Shown here: piece by piece, positions 9,811 to 19,937 of the stretch | How the letters are laid out: every line of letters begins with the position of its first letter | Numbering within the stretch: the first letter of the stretch is position 1 | Assembly: GCA_019352195.1 (NCBI GenBank) | Contig: JACAFG010000001.1 | Coordinates: 130,485-194,484 of the forward strand | Direction of reading: 5' to 3' | Length of the DNA: 64,000 nt | Source: Candidatus Saccharimonadota bacterium | GTDB taxonomy: Bacteria > Patescibacteriota > Saccharimonadia > UBA4664 | Translations under genes and position numbers: made by a program | Notes under the pieces: model-generated | Database searches by the model: none | Told to the model about the DNA's origin: nothing | Seen by the model: the letters and a program-made list of their open reading frames with translations, nothing else

Positions 9811-10602
9811 CTACTGCGTTGGTGTCCACACCAACGTGCCAATAGTTTCGCCTCTCACGGCCCGTCCGATATTGCCTGCGGTGAGCAAGTTGAACACTAT
9901 GATGGGCATGGCATAGTCCATGCACAGACTGAAGGCGGTGGCGTCGGCCACCTGCAAGCCGCGTTCGAGCACTTCGCGATGGGTAATCTCGGCGAACATG
10001 ACGGCGTCGGGGCACTTCCGAGGATCGGCATCAAATACCCCATCGACTGCCTTGGCCATCAAAACAACTTCGGCGCTGATCTCCAACGCGCGCTGGGCAG
10101 CAGTGGTGTCGGTGGAAAAGTAGGGCATTCCGACGCCAGCACCAAAGATGACGACACGACCTTTTTCCAAGTGTCGCTCGGCGCGGCGGGGGATATAGCT
10201 TTCTGCCACTTGGCCCATGGTGATAGCGGTCTGTACCCGGGTTTCCAGATGTTGTTCTCGCTCCAAGAAGTCTTGAAGTGCCAAGCAATTCATAACGGTT
10301 CCAAGCATGCCCATGTAATCGGCGCGCCCTCGCTCCATGCCCAGCTGGGTGAGCTCGGCACCACGGAAGAAATTGCCTCCCCCAATGACGACTGCCACCT
10401 GAACGCCATCGTGAACGATGTCGGCGATCTGCGCCGCAACTGCCGAAAGAATCTTCGGCGCAATCCCTAGCTCGCCATCGCCAAACATTTCGCCGCCGAG
10501 TTTGAGCATAACCCGCTTAAAACGTCGTCGCGGACCTGAGTCGGCGGCCAATGCCCGCTCCATTTCTGCGGGGTCAAAACCGGTTCTCGTTTGCGATATC
10601 AT
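9811..10602 (-). CDS. pyrH: UMP kinase
   Basis: Amino-acid kinase fold motifs [23 protein letters not shown] and [15 protein letters not shown]. 263 aa. Confidence 0.9.
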   Translation of the reverse strand: MISQTRTGFDPAEMERALAADSGPRRRFKRVMLKLGGEMFGDGELGIAPKILSAVAAQIADIVHDGVQVAVVIGGGNFFRGAELTQLGMERGRADYMGMLGTVMNCLALQDFLEREQHLETRVQTAITMGQVAESYIPRRAERHLEKGRVVIFGAGVGMPYFSTDTTAAQRALEISAEVVLMAKAVDGVFDADPRKCPDAVMFAEITHREVLERGLQVADATAFSLCMDYAMPIIVFNLLTAGNIGRAVRGETIGTLVWTPTQ

Positions 10603-10756
10603 CGCGTACCCTTTTCTCTAGGCGTGGGAAAAACCTCCATGTGGTTATATCAGGTTTATCCATTAACTGCAACACCTGATGGGGTACGCAACAGATAGCG
10701 TCACCTTGCTATATCGGTTATACTTGTAATCGACAAATGACGGAAAGGCTGCTCGC

Positions 10757-11326
10757 GTGCGTCGTTCTACAGGTCGGTTTTATGCATTTTGCGCCATTGT
10801 CTTTGGCCTTGGCCTGGCAGCTTCGGGCTACCTCAACTACTACCAATACCAACGCGGCCAAGACCACCAGCAGCTCGACCAAGACACCATTGCCCAGCTC
10901 AAGCGCGAAGCAGTTATAGTGCCTGTGGCCAGTCCAACGTCTTCGCCGGTTGCCGCCGTTTTGGGCGCTAAAGTCATCACCGTACCTGAGCTGGGCATTA
11001 CGCTTACGACGCTTAACCCTTTGGGCGATTTCAGCTACCAATATCAGCAACTCGACGGCCTCGACGGCATCAATATCACCAGCACTTCACTCATAAATAC
11101 CACGACGACATGTGGTCCCGGCGCGCTTGGCCGTCTGGTTCGCCAATCAGCCGATGCTAAGCCTGCTTTGTCGGCGACAACGCTCGTTAAGCTCATTGGT
11201 AGCGAAAATTACTATTATCAGCCTGCCAAATTTGCCTGCGCCAAGGATCCCGTTACCACCGCAGCACTTAAAGCTGACGCCGCCATTATGCCCGCAATCC
11301 TTACCACCTTGTCGGCGGGCTCCTAA
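10757..11326 (+). CDS. Small TM-anchored secreted protein, paralog 1 of 4
   Basis: GTG start, N-terminal TM helix, then YLNYYQYQRGQD, a short coiled-coil, Pro/Ser/Thr-rich linker and a C-terminal domain. Confidence 0.55.
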   Translation: MRRSTGRFYAFCAIVFGLGLAASGYLNYYQYQRGQDHQQLDQDTIAQLKREAVIVPVASPTSSPVAAVLGAKVITVPELGITLTTLNPLGDFSYQYQQLDGLDGINITSTSLINTTTTCGPGALGRLVRQSADAKPALSATTLVKLIGSENYYYQPAKFACAKDPVTTAALKADAAIMPAILTTLSAGS

Positions 11327-11367
11327 AATCAAAATAACAGGTATACTAAGCCCATAAGGAAGATTCT

Positions 11368-11814
11368 GTGAAGCCAAGTCGCCCGGTGGCAAAAATTTGG
11401 ATTGTCTGCACCATAGTATTGGCAGCGGCGTTTGTTGCCGCGGCCTACCTCAACTACGTTCAGTACCAGCGTGCCCAAGATGCCCAGCGACTGCTCAACG
11501 GCACTATCACCGATTTGCGCTATCAATTATCGATCGATGAAAAAGGCGCTTCACCCAGTCCATCTCCCAGCTCCTCACCGTCGCCGACGCCCGTTCCGGC
11601 CGCCAGCCCCGCCGCATCCACTCCGGCTCCAGCAGCCACCACTACGACAAATCAGGTGGCCAATCTTCATTCCCAACCAGATGTCCATTCGGCGATTCTT
11701 GCAAAACTAGCTGCGGGTACCGTGGTAACCCTTGGCAGTCCAGCAGCTAGTGGCTACCGTCAAGTAACGGTCAATGGAACGACGGGATTTGTTCTCCAAG
11801 CCTACCTTAGGTAG
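11368..11814 (+). CDS. Small TM-anchored protein, paralog 2, with Pro/Ser/Thr linker and SH3b-like C-terminal domain
   Basis: GTG start preceded by aggaag. Carries YLNYVQYQRAQD like paralog 1. C-terminal NLHSQPDVHSAILAKLAAGTVVTL...YRQVTVNGTTGFV resembles the bacterial SH3 (SH3_3) pattern. Confidence 0.55.
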   Translation: MKPSRPVAKIWIVCTIVLAAAFVAAAYLNYVQYQRAQDAQRLLNGTITDLRYQLSIDEKGASPSPSPSSSPSPTPVPAASPAASTPAPAATTTTNQVANLHSQPDVHSAILAKLAAGTVVTLGSPAASGYRQVTVNGTTGFVLQAYLR

Positions 11815-11869
11815 TCGCCCCAAATGATGCGATGCATAACCGGCATAATCTGTTAAAATCATAAGCAAC

Positions 11870-12139
11870 ATGAAAGAACGACATCTCATAACATATCAGT
11901 GGATTCTTATCGGAGTCCTGCTCGTCGGTTTCGTCGCCGTCAGCATCATTTCACTTAACCGCTCGCAAGCTATCGAGCAGGCCAAAGCCGGGCACAACGG
12001 CGATATCGCTAGTCTCCAGGAACAGCTGCGGCAAGCTAAAATTCCCCGGCCGACCACCGCTCCACTGCAAGAATCCGTCAGTAATTTAGCCTCGCCCAGC
12101 CCGTCGGTTACGCCTACGCCGGTAGCCAAAACCAAGTAG
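11870..12139 (+). CDS. Small TM-anchored protein, paralog 3
   Basis: Same architecture as the neighbours: TM helix, short coiled-coil (LQEQLRQAK) and Pro/Thr-rich tail. Confidence 0.5.
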   Translation: MKERHLITYQWILIGVLLVGFVAVSIISLNRSQAIEQAKAGHNGDIASLQEQLRQAKIPRPTTAPLQESVSNLASPSPSVTPTPVAKTK

Positions 12140-12156
12140 TTACGCCAGGAGGCCCG

Positions 12157-12432
12157 ATGAAAAAGTCTCATAATACGTTGATCATTGTTTTGCTAGTCGT
12201 TCTCATCGTAGTTGCCGGAACTGCCATAGTTTTGCAATATAACCAAAACAAGTCGGTTGCTGCGGCTCGCGATGAGTTGCAAAGCGAAGTCTATACACTC
12301 CGAGGCGAGCTGCAGGCAGCGCTCGCGACACCAACGCCTACGCCAACTCCGGTAGCGACGCCAGCGCCCACCCCGAAGCCGACTGCCACTCTCAAAGCTA
12401 CTGCCACTCCCAAAGTTACTCCCACACCATAA
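12157..12432 (+). CDS. Small TM-anchored protein, paralog 4
   Basis: aggagg SD precedes the start. TM helix, LQYNQNK, coiled-coil (LRGELQAAL) and a TPTPTPTP tail. Confidence 0.5.
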   Translation: MKKSHNTLIIVLLVVLIVVAGTAIVLQYNQNKSVAAARDELQSEVYTLRGELQAALATPTPTPTPVATPAPTPKPTATLKATATPKVTPTP

Positions 12433-12708
12433 GGCCAATCGGAATATCGACCTCGTTGGGATCACTTCAACCGTATCCCAAGGGCAGATTGGCAGAAAAA
12501 TGCCCAGGGGATTCTTGTTGCGACCGTCGGCGCGAACAGCATTTGCTACCAGCACGCCCAGGCGATCTCCTCTGGTAAAGTAGATGCTGAAGCTCTGCAG
12601 TCGAGTCAGTCCGACCAACTCTAAGCCGCTTTCGCGGGTATCAAATAACCACCACGCGTTTGTTCAGTCTAACCATTAGCGTTACAATGAGAACATAACA
12701 AAGCGCAT

Positions 12709-14010
12709 ATGGCTAAGCTGATCGAAAAATTAGTCCGCCTTCGTTCATCGGGTACACCCGCTGGGCCGCGTTACCTCGTCGCGCTCGATATTGGAACTGA
12801 ATTTGTTAAGGCTCTTATTGGCCAAGTGGTATTAGATCCCGCTTCGGGTGTGCCGTCGCGCATTGATATTGTGGGTGTTGGCCGTCAGCGGCAGCGTCTC
12901 ACCGATATGGCGGGCGGTGCAGTCACCGATATTACGGGTGTGGTTGAAAACTGTGATGCCGCTTTGGGTGTAGCCGAAAAAATGGCTGGCGTTTCCGCCA
13001 AAGGACTCGATACCGTCGTTGGTATTGCCGGTGAGCTGGTAAAGGGCGCTTCCACCACTATCCGCTATAAGCGTTCAACGGCCAGCGACCCCATTGATAT
13101 GCCGGAATTACGCAAAATTCTGGATAGGGTTCAATTTCGCGCCTTTGAGCGTGCACGGGAGCAGCTTACCTGGGAAACGGGCCAAAAAGACCTCGAAGTA
13201 AAGCTGGTTAACACTGCCATTGTCGACGTCCAAATCGACGGCTATCGTGTCACCAACCCCATTGGCTTTCAGGGCAAAGACGTTTCCATTCAGCTCTTCA
13301 ACGCCTTTGCTCCCATGGTGCACCTCGGCGCACTCCAGGCAGTTGCACAAGACCTCGATCTTAACCTATCAACCATCGCCGCCGAACCGTTCGCAGTGGC
13401 AAAATCGGTTGGAGCCCAAGATTCGGGCGAATTTTCGGCCATTTTTATAGACATTGGTGGCGGGACCACCGATATAGCACTCGTTAATAATGGCGGTGTC
13501 GAAGGTACCAAAATGTTTGCCATTGGCGGCCGTGCCTTCACCAAACGCATTGCTCAAGTTGCCAACGTGAGTTTTGAGAAAGCCGAGGAAATGAAAATAG
13601 CCTACTCGCAGGGAAAGCTTGGACCAAAGAGCAAAACGGCTGTCGAAGAAGCCGTTAACGCCGATATCAAAGTCTGGCTATCGGGCGTTGAGCTAAGTCT
13701 GGCTGAGTTTGACCGCGTCGACCATTTGCCCGCCAAAATCTTACTTTGTGGCGGCGGTACGGGCCTACCTCAAATTATGGAAGCACTCAAAGGTAAAGAC
13801 TGGTTTAAGACGCTTCCCTTTGCACGTAAACCGACGGTAGCTCACATTTCGCCGGCCGAAGTTACGCGGGTTACCGATACCACGGGCAAACTCACGAGCT
13901 ACGCCGATATTACCCCTATGGGACTAGCCAACCTTGGCCTCGACACCGCCGGCGGAGAAACCGTTACCGAAGGCCTCATTAAGCGCCTCGGCCGTGCCAT
14001 TGCCAACTAA
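12709..14010 (+). CDS. ftsA: Actin-like ATPase, FtsA-like cell division protein
   Basis: ALDIGTEFVKALIG is the phosphate-1 motif and IDIGGGTTDIALV the phosphate-2 motif of the actin/HSP70 superfamily. 433 aa matches FtsA; a PilM-like alternative cannot be excluded. Confidence 0.6.
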   Translation: MAKLIEKLVRLRSSGTPAGPRYLVALDIGTEFVKALIGQVVLDPASGVPSRIDIVGVGRQRQRLTDMAGGAVTDITGVVENCDAALGVAEKMAGVSAKGLDTVVGIAGELVKGASTTIRYKRSTASDPIDMPELRKILDRVQFRAFERAREQLTWETGQKDLEVKLVNTAIVDVQIDGYRVTNPIGFQGKDVSIQLFNAFAPMVHLGALQAVAQDLDLNLSTIAAEPFAVAKSVGAQDSGEFSAIFIDIGGGTTDIALVNNGGVEGTKMFAIGGRAFTKRIAQVANVSFEKAEEMKIAYSQGKLGPKSKTAVEEAVNADIKVWLSGVELSLAEFDRVDHLPAKILLCGGGTGLPQIMEALKGKDWFKTLPFARKPTVAHISPAEVTRVTDTTGKLTSYADITPMGLANLGLDTAGGETVTEGLIKRLGRAIAN

Positions 14011-14018
14011 CGGCCACC

Positions 14019-14363
14019 ATGCCAAGTACTCCCAACGGTTTTGCCAAGCCAGCAACCAAGTCGAACAAAAGACTATACACAATAATTGCCGCAAGTAGCC
14101 TTATTCTGGCGCTTACCTGGCTGATGGTGCAAGATCCACTCACCCGAGCCGGCGAACGATGGTTTTATTCGTTTTTCCCAGATCTAAATAAGATGTATCA
14201 GGCCGAAACCGACGCTTTCCAGGCAAGTTTATTACCATTAGCCGGTACGATGCCTCTGCAGCCGGCCCGACTAATACGAGCTCCCAGCGGCCAACCTACA
14301 TTGTTGCCATTCGCCAAACCAATGACGTCAACGCTTCTGACAGGGCCAAACTCCAAGCTGTAG
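14019..14363 (+). CDS. Hypothetical small membrane protein
   Basis: Starts 9 nt after ftsA and has one predicted TM helix (IIAASSLILALTWLMV). Confidence 0.35.
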   Translation: MPSTPNGFAKPATKSNKRLYTIIAASSLILALTWLMVQDPLTRAGERWFYSFFPDLNKMYQAETDAFQASLLPLAGTMPLQPARLIRAPSGQPTLLPFAKPMTSTLLTGPNSKL

Positions 14364-14585
14364 CTTGTACGTCATTGGGCACGTCCGCCCCAGGCACGCA
14401 TGTTACCGTTAGCATTGTAAAGTTAACGCGTTTCGGCCCGTTTAGTTTCTCAAGCACTTCAAAATTTCCCGGCATCTGCCCTTAGTTAGACGTCTATAAA
14501 ATTGGCCGACGAGTGGCGCTCTAATGGCTTAGCTGTGACCTAAACGTTCATGAAGTTATACTGTCAACTAAGAAAGGCATTTATC

Positions 14586-14948
14586 ATGCAGCACGAAGAA
14601 TCGGTTGAAGCCTTACGGCAAGAAGTGACCAGAAATCATCGAACCCTCACCGGCATTGCCGGGGTCGCGCTGATTATGCTTGTAGGGGGTGCCATCTTTT
14701 ACCACCTGGTTGAGCACTTTGACTGGCTCGACGCGTTTTACTACTGCACCATAACGCTTACAACGGTTGGCTACGGCGACTTTGTTCCCAAAACTGATCT
14801 CGGCAAACTCTTCACCATTTTCTATGTGATTATTGGCATTGGTATTTTGGCGACCCTTGCCAATACAATCATCAAGAATGCGATGACGCGCCGTCAACTC
14901 AAGCGAGCCATAAATTTGGCCGCCCATAAAGCCGAAGACGCAGTTTAG
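14586..14948 (+). CDS. Two-TM potassium channel (KcsA-like pore protein)
   Basis: The canonical K+ selectivity filter TVGYGD lies between two TM helices. ATG at 14586 is preceded by aagaaagg; the alternative upstream ATG at 14550 is in frame. Confidence 0.8.
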   Translation: MQHEESVEALRQEVTRNHRTLTGIAGVALIMLVGGAIFYHLVEHFDWLDAFYYCTITLTTVGYGDFVPKTDLGKLFTIFYVIIGIGILATLANTIIKNAMTRRQLKRAINLAAHKAEDAV

Positions 14949-15123
14949 CTTGCAGCTTCCGGTTCGAGGTCCAAGTTTATCTCGCCTTCGGCCCGAACGT
15001 AGCGGGAGGTAGGAAGCTTAGACCCAAAACCGTCATAAGCTTCTGTGATCATCAGTAATAATTTGTGCGTCATATTAGCAAGCAGGGGAGGCCAAACCAA
15101 ACTACTTGTGGTAATCTTAGACC

Positions 15124-16860
15124 ATGAAGGATCAGGCTTTATACCTCGAAGCTGACGAAGATATTACTTCAGCCATAGATAAGCTAGCGAAAGCTGGCGG
15201 CAGCGCTGTACAAATTGTCGTACCAAAGCGGTCCACACTGCTGCAAAGTATTATCAATCTCAAGCTGCTCAAAAAAGCTGCTGCCGACAACGGCAAAGAG
15301 CTCGTGCTGGTAACCAGTGACAAAGTGGCGACCGATCTGGCAGCCCGACTAGGTTTGGCTGTAGCCCCATCACTAGGCGCCAAAGCTTCTGTTGGTGAAG
15401 CCGCGCCGGCACCCACCGCGGCAAGCGAAGACATTATTGAGGCTGATGACCCAGAACCCGAAGCGCCTGTCATAGCGGCTGCCGCTGCTGCTGGCGCGGT
15501 CGGAGCTGCCGCTTCAACCAAAGCCTTTTTTAAGCGTAAGCCCGTTACCGATAAGCCAACGCCCCCACCAGTCGAGCCTTCGGTGGCAGAACCTGTGGCA
15601 GTCTCTGAGACGGATGCCACTGAGAATAAAACGGCCGACGAGACGGCTGCCCCCACTTCTGCCGGCAAGTCGATGGTGCCAAACTTCGGCAAACTGCAAC
15701 GACGGATTGCGTGGCTGGCATTGGCCGTAGCCATTGTTGCTTCATATTTCATATATATAGATATTGCTAGCCATGCCACCGTGGCGCTGTACGCTGCGGG
15801 CACCAAGGTGGCGGTGGATACGAGCTTCGTGGTAGATCCGAACTTCACCACCTCAAGTGTTTCAACGGGCGTCCTGGCCGGTCAAACAGTAACATACAGC
15901 AAAGATTTATCGGGTTCGGCCACAGCTACGGGTCAGCAAGACGCCGGTACCAAAGCAACCGGACAGATGACCATCTATAATAATTTCGACACCTCAGCAC
16001 ATGCTCTGGATGCCGGCACCCGATTGGCGGCGCCCGACGGCAAAGTCTTTACTACCAACACTGCCGTCAGCGTTCCGGGCGAGACTTTGTCGGGTTCGCC
16101 GGCGTCAATTCATCCCGGTCAGGTGACGGTTGGTGTAACCGCCTCAGCGAACGGCGACAGTTACAACGAGGCGCCCACTACACCCCCCGCTAAGTACACG
16201 ATTGTTGCATACCCCGCTGCTCTCCAAAGCTTTATCTACGGTGAAGGGGCTCAAATGTCAGGTGGCGTATCCAAAATTGTTACCGTGGTTGCCCAAGATG
16301 ACATCAACAAATCCGAAACCGATATGCTAGCTGCCGACAAAGACGTGTCGCAGAAAACGCTGGATAGTCACGTGCCTAGCGGCTATGTCGCTATGAGCGG
16401 TTCCACTGGCGTAGTGGCAAGCAATATCACGTCGTCACCAGCTGTTGGGCAGCCAGCCACCACCGCCACCGTCACATTGCACGTGGTATATACCGAACTG
16501 GCAGTGAAGCAGCCGGATTATGTAGCGTTTGTTCGCGCCCACGAACAAGCACAAATTGGCAGCACGAACCAAATTTACGATGACGGCGTGAGTTCTGCTC
16601 AAATTGCCTCGACCGGCAAAAATGCTGCTGGGCAGGCTCAATTTAGCGTTTCAACTCAGGCCTACAGCGGGGCCCGCATCGATACTGTAGCGCTCACTAG
16701 CAAGCTAGCGGGGCAACGATACGGCAGCGCTGTTGATATTGCCTCAAAGGAGCCTGGGGTACAGCGCGTCACCATCAATCTAACACCAGGCTGGCTCACC
16801 TCACTGCCACATCGGACGAGCAAAATTAAGATTACCATTTCGGTTGCGAGCGATAACTAA
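15124..16860 (+). CDS. Hypothetical membrane-anchored surface protein
   Basis: 578 aa. An N-terminal globular region is followed by an Ala/Pro-rich linker, a single TM helix (AWLALAVAIVASYFIYI) and a large Thr/Ser/Gly-rich extracytoplasmic region. Confidence 0.5.
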   Translation: MKDQALYLEADEDITSAIDKLAKAGGSAVQIVVPKRSTLLQSIINLKLLKKAAADNGKELVLVTSDKVATDLAARLGLAVAPSLGAKASVGEAAPAPTAASEDIIEADDPEPEAPVIAAAAAAGAVGAAASTKAFFKRKPVTDKPTPPPVEPSVAEPVAVSETDATENKTADETAAPTSAGKSMVPNFGKLQRRIAWLALAVAIVASYFIYIDIASHATVALYAAGTKVAVDTSFVVDPNFTTSSVSTGVLAGQTVTYSKDLSGSATATGQQDAGTKATGQMTIYNNFDTSAHALDAGTRLAAPDGKVFTTNTAVSVPGETLSGSPASIHPGQVTVGVTASANGDSYNEAPTTPPAKYTIVAYPAALQSFIYGEGAQMSGGVSKIVTVVAQDDINKSETDMLAADKDVSQKTLDSHVPSGYVAMSGSTGVVASNITSSPAVGQPATTATVTLHVVYTELAVKQPDYVAFVRAHEQAQIGSTNQIYDDGVSSAQIASTGKNAAGQAQFSVSTQAYSGARIDTVALTSKLAGQRYGSAVDIASKEPGVQRVTINLTPGWLTSLPHRTSKIKITISVASDN

Positions 16861-17252
16861 TGGCCGCCGCACGCTACCTTGGTATCGATATGGGTTCACG
16901 GCGGGTTGGCTTAGCCACGGGCGACTCTGACACAAAGCTGGCGCAGGCACTCAAAACTGTGGTGCCCGCCGACCTGGCCGCAGCTGTCGCCGCCGCCGCA
17001 CCGTTAGACGGGCTCGTAATAGGTCTGCCACGTGGCCTCGACGGTCAAACAACGGCCCAAACGCTAGCGGTACAACGCTGGGCCGACGATCTGTTGGGCG
17101 ACCGTACCGAGCCAATCTATTGGCAAGACGAAGCTGGCACCTCAGGTGTTGCTGAAGACAACTTGCGCGCTTCTGGCAAAGCCTATAAAAAAGAAGATAT
17201 CGATGCTCACGCCGCCGCCATTATTTTGCAGGATTACCTCAACGCTTTATGA
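16860..17252 (+). CDS. ruvX: Holliday-junction resolvase-like YqgF/RuvX
   Basis: LGIDMGSRRVGLA has the Asp of the RNase H-like fold, with a DEAGTS region. 130 aa; the stop overlaps the mltG start. Confidence 0.8.
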   Translation: MAAARYLGIDMGSRRVGLATGDSDTKLAQALKTVVPADLAAAVAAAAPLDGLVIGLPRGLDGQTTAQTLAVQRWADDLLGDRTEPIYWQDEAGTSGVAEDNLRASGKAYKKEDIDAHAAAIILQDYLNAL

Positions 17253-18265
17253 CGAGTTCCAACCCTTACTCTCGAGCAACCAATCGTAAGCGCCCTCTGT
17301 GGTGGCTCGTTGCCCCTGTCATGGCCGTGCTAATTATTGGCGGCTACGGTTGGTACCAGCTGCAGCTGCGTGCGGTTGGGCCAGGTAAACCCACCATTTT
17401 TATAGTAAAGCCAGGGCAAAGCGCGCCAGCCGTAGCTAGCGATTTAGCTACCGCCAAGCTGATAAGAAGCCGTAACGCTTTTATTACCTACCTTAATTTC
17501 CACCATCTGCGCGGGGAAATTAAGGCTGGATCCTACGCTTTGTCGCCCAGCGACAGCAGTCCGCACATTGCTAACGTTATTACCGTTTCCTCGTCTCTCG
17601 GACAAGTAGTGATCCCTGAAGGATACACTATCCGCCAAATTGAAACCGCAGTTGCCTCACACGGGATTTCGACAGCCAGTTTTGAAGCCGCCCTTGCCGA
17701 ACCGCATACCCAAGCGGGCTTGAGTAGTAAGCCGACCAACGCCAGCCTCGAAGGCTATTTATTCCCGGATTCGTACGAAGTTGTCCCTGGTGTCACCACG
17801 GCTAGCCAGCTCGTGAATACCATGCTCGACACTTTTACGGCCAAAGTCAGAACCACCTATGACGCCGATTTTGCTGCCGAAGGCCTCACACGTCACCAAG
17901 GATTAACGCTGGCTTCGATTGTCGAAAAAGAGGTGAGTCGCCCGGAAGATCGGCCCATCGTAGCGCAAGTATTCTTAAAACGCCTTAAGCTTGGCATGCC
18001 TTTAGGCTCCGACGTGACGGTTGATTACGGCGCCGCGCAACTTGGGACAACCTTTAGTACTACCCTGAATTCGCCTTACAATACCTATTTGCATACGGGA
18101 CTACCGATTGGTCCCATTTGTAACCCGGGCTTATCAGCTCTGGATGCCGTGGCACATCCTGCCGCCACCGACTATTTATACTTTGTTGCAGGTTCGGACG
18201 GTGTGACACATTTTGCCGCTACCTACGCCGAACACCAGGCCAACGTCGCCAAATATTTAAAGTAA
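17249..18265 (+). CDS. mltG: Endolytic murein transglycosylase MltG (YceG-like)
   Basis: N-terminal TM helix and YceG motifs PYNTYLHTGLPIGPICNPG and EGYLFPDSY. Confidence 0.85.
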   Translation: MTSSNPYSRATNRKRPLWWLVAPVMAVLIIGGYGWYQLQLRAVGPGKPTIFIVKPGQSAPAVASDLATAKLIRSRNAFITYLNFHHLRGEIKAGSYALSPSDSSPHIANVITVSSSLGQVVIPEGYTIRQIETAVASHGISTASFEAALAEPHTQAGLSSKPTNASLEGYLFPDSYEVVPGVTTASQLVNTMLDTFTAKVRTTYDADFAAEGLTRHQGLTLASIVEKEVSRPEDRPIVAQVFLKRLKLGMPLGSDVTVDYGAAQLGTTFSTTLNSPYNTYLHTGLPIGPICNPGLSALDAVAHPAATDYLYFVAGSDGVTHFAATYAEHQANVAKYLK

Positions 18266-18645
18266 GCGAGCGGTCTGCAAATATTTAGTCATAATTACAT
18301 ACTCTCACCGCTTGACAGACCAATATTTAGATCTATTACTGAAAGAAGTTAGATTTACAACATTTTCCCAACGATTTTTTACTCTTAGCAAAGCCATTTT
18401 CTCAATTTGACACCTTTGACAGTCGTTGTTAGACTACGTTAGTAAATCGATAAGCTTAAGTGGTATAGGTGATTAAGTCCCTTCCGTAGCATTGATTTAC
18501 TATCTTGAAAGGTCGACACGAAGACTTAAACGTAAGGTCGAACTTCTTCTGTCCCGCCTCAGGCGGGAGAAAGTCCTAGTAAAGATAGTTTCTCGTTTGT
18601 TCTTATGAACATTCGAGGTGGAGACAAGTTATTAGTAGAAGTGCC
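18266..18645 (+). promoter_or_regulatory. Long AT-rich 5' leader or promoter region upstream of the LysM-CHAP hydrolase gene
   Basis: A 380-bp non-coding stretch with a GC hairpin (cccgcctcaggcggg). It is unusually long for this compact genome. Confidence 0.35.
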
Positions 18646-19851
18646 ATGAGTGGCTCCCTCGAACAATTCCCAAGTGGCCAACTGGCCGACGGAATCGGAA
18701 CCGCCACTGAGACATTCTCTAACATCAAAACGTCCGCCGCTGTCCGTCGCGCACAAACTGCCCCCGCCCATCTTAGTCAATCAGTTGCCGCGTCTTCAGT
18801 TAAAGCCGCTTCTGTTGTTCGCGCTGTATATCGTCCGCGATTTGTTGCCCACGCCGGTTTGCTGGTGTTGGCAGGAGTAGTGGTGCTCAGCAATAGCCCG
18901 GTCCGTACCCACGCGTTATCGCTGCGCCTTACTTCGGCTCAGGCCGGAATTGGCTCGACGCTTGATGAAGTAGGCCAAGCCGCCGTGGCCGCCGACATCG
19001 CTTCATCGGCCAACATGATGGTTACTACCGAAGCAACCAAAACGGCTACCGCCAAAACAGCGCAGGTATCTTTACTGACCTCAGACGATCTGTCATTGGC
19101 TAAGCGACAGGTAGTACAAACCGCGGGTAACGCTACCCGAGATATCACGAGCTATACCGTTGCCAATGGCGACACGCTGTCCGGGATTGCTGCCAAGTTT
19201 AATATCACTTCGGCCACTTTGGTCGCGGCCAACAATCTTGCCAGCGCCGACGCTATTAAGCCCGGACAGTCACTCACCATTTTGCCAGTTAGCGGGCTTC
19301 TGTATACGGTGCAGTCTGGGGATACAGCCGACACCCTGGCCTCTAAGTACAGCGCCAATGCCGCCCAAATTACGAGCTACAATAATGCTGAAGTTAAGGG
19401 CCTTACGCCTGGTACCAAAATCATCATTCCTGACGGAGTAATGCCTCAAGCTCCAGCTGCAGCTGTTGCTGCCGCACCAGCTGCAGCTGTCTCGAGCCGC
19501 AGCACCATCAGCCCGTCATCAGCACCCAAGCTCACCGCCTTCTATGGCGCCGCCAATGGCTACTCGTTTGGCTACTGCACCTGGTATGTCGCTAACCGCC
19601 GCTCTGTCCCGTCGAACTGGGGTAACGCTAACGCCTGGTATTACAACGCGCAGGCCTCAGGTTTCTCAGTGGGATCAACGCCCGTACCTGGCGCCATTGC
19701 TTGGAGCGGCGCCGGCTACTACGGCCACGTAGCCTATGTTGAGAGCGTCTCGGGTGGCAACGTCACGATTTCCGAAATGAACTTTAACGGAAACTGGGAC
19801 AAAGTTACCTATCGCACGGTCTCGGCGTCATCCTTCCGCTACATTTACTAG
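18646..19851 (+). CDS. Peptidoglycan hydrolase with N-terminal TM/signal, two LysM domains and a C-terminal CHAP domain
   Basis: LysM domains: YTVANGDTLSGIAAKFNI...A and YTVQSGDTADTLASKY. CHAP domain: GYCTWYVANRR...GHVAYVESV with catalytic Cys and His. Confidence 0.8.
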   Translation: MSGSLEQFPSGQLADGIGTATETFSNIKTSAAVRRAQTAPAHLSQSVAASSVKAASVVRAVYRPRFVAHAGLLVLAGVVVLSNSPVRTHALSLRLTSAQAGIGSTLDEVGQAAVAADIASSANMMVTTEATKTATAKTAQVSLLTSDDLSLAKRQVVQTAGNATRDITSYTVANGDTLSGIAAKFNITSATLVAANNLASADAIKPGQSLTILPVSGLLYTVQSGDTADTLASKYSANAAQITSYNNAEVKGLTPGTKIIIPDGVMPQAPAAAVAAAPAAAVSSRSTISPSSAPKLTAFYGAANGYSFGYCTWYVANRRSVPSNWGNANAWYYNAQASGFSVGSTPVPGAIAWSGAGYYGHVAYVESVSGGNVTISEMNFNGNWDKVTYRTVSASSFRYIY

Positions 19852-19937
19852 ATTAACCAATAGCCCACAACTGGCGTCGAGCTGCCATTGAATATCCGGA
19901 CTGCCGTTGGAGCAGTCCGGATATTTTGTTGAGCGGG

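Noticed and set aside
9787-10470. 227-aa ORF on the + strand
   Set aside because: It lies entirely antisense to the well-supported pyrH gene and has no motifs; it is a GC-driven artefact. The same reasoning applies to 15132..15851(-) inside the 15124 gene, 44835..45533(-) inside leuS, 12193..12618(-) inside paralog 4, 25982..26374(+) inside mntH, and 6833..7357(+) inside mnmA.
14364-14549. Possible small RNA or SRP RNA in intergenic gaps (14364..14549, 50505..50682, 51382..51525, 54010..54198)
   Set aside because: No match to conserved 4.5S (GGUCCGGAAGGAAGCAGC), RNase P (GGAAAGUCCGGGCUCC) or tmRNA resume-codon signatures was visible. I leave these unannotated.
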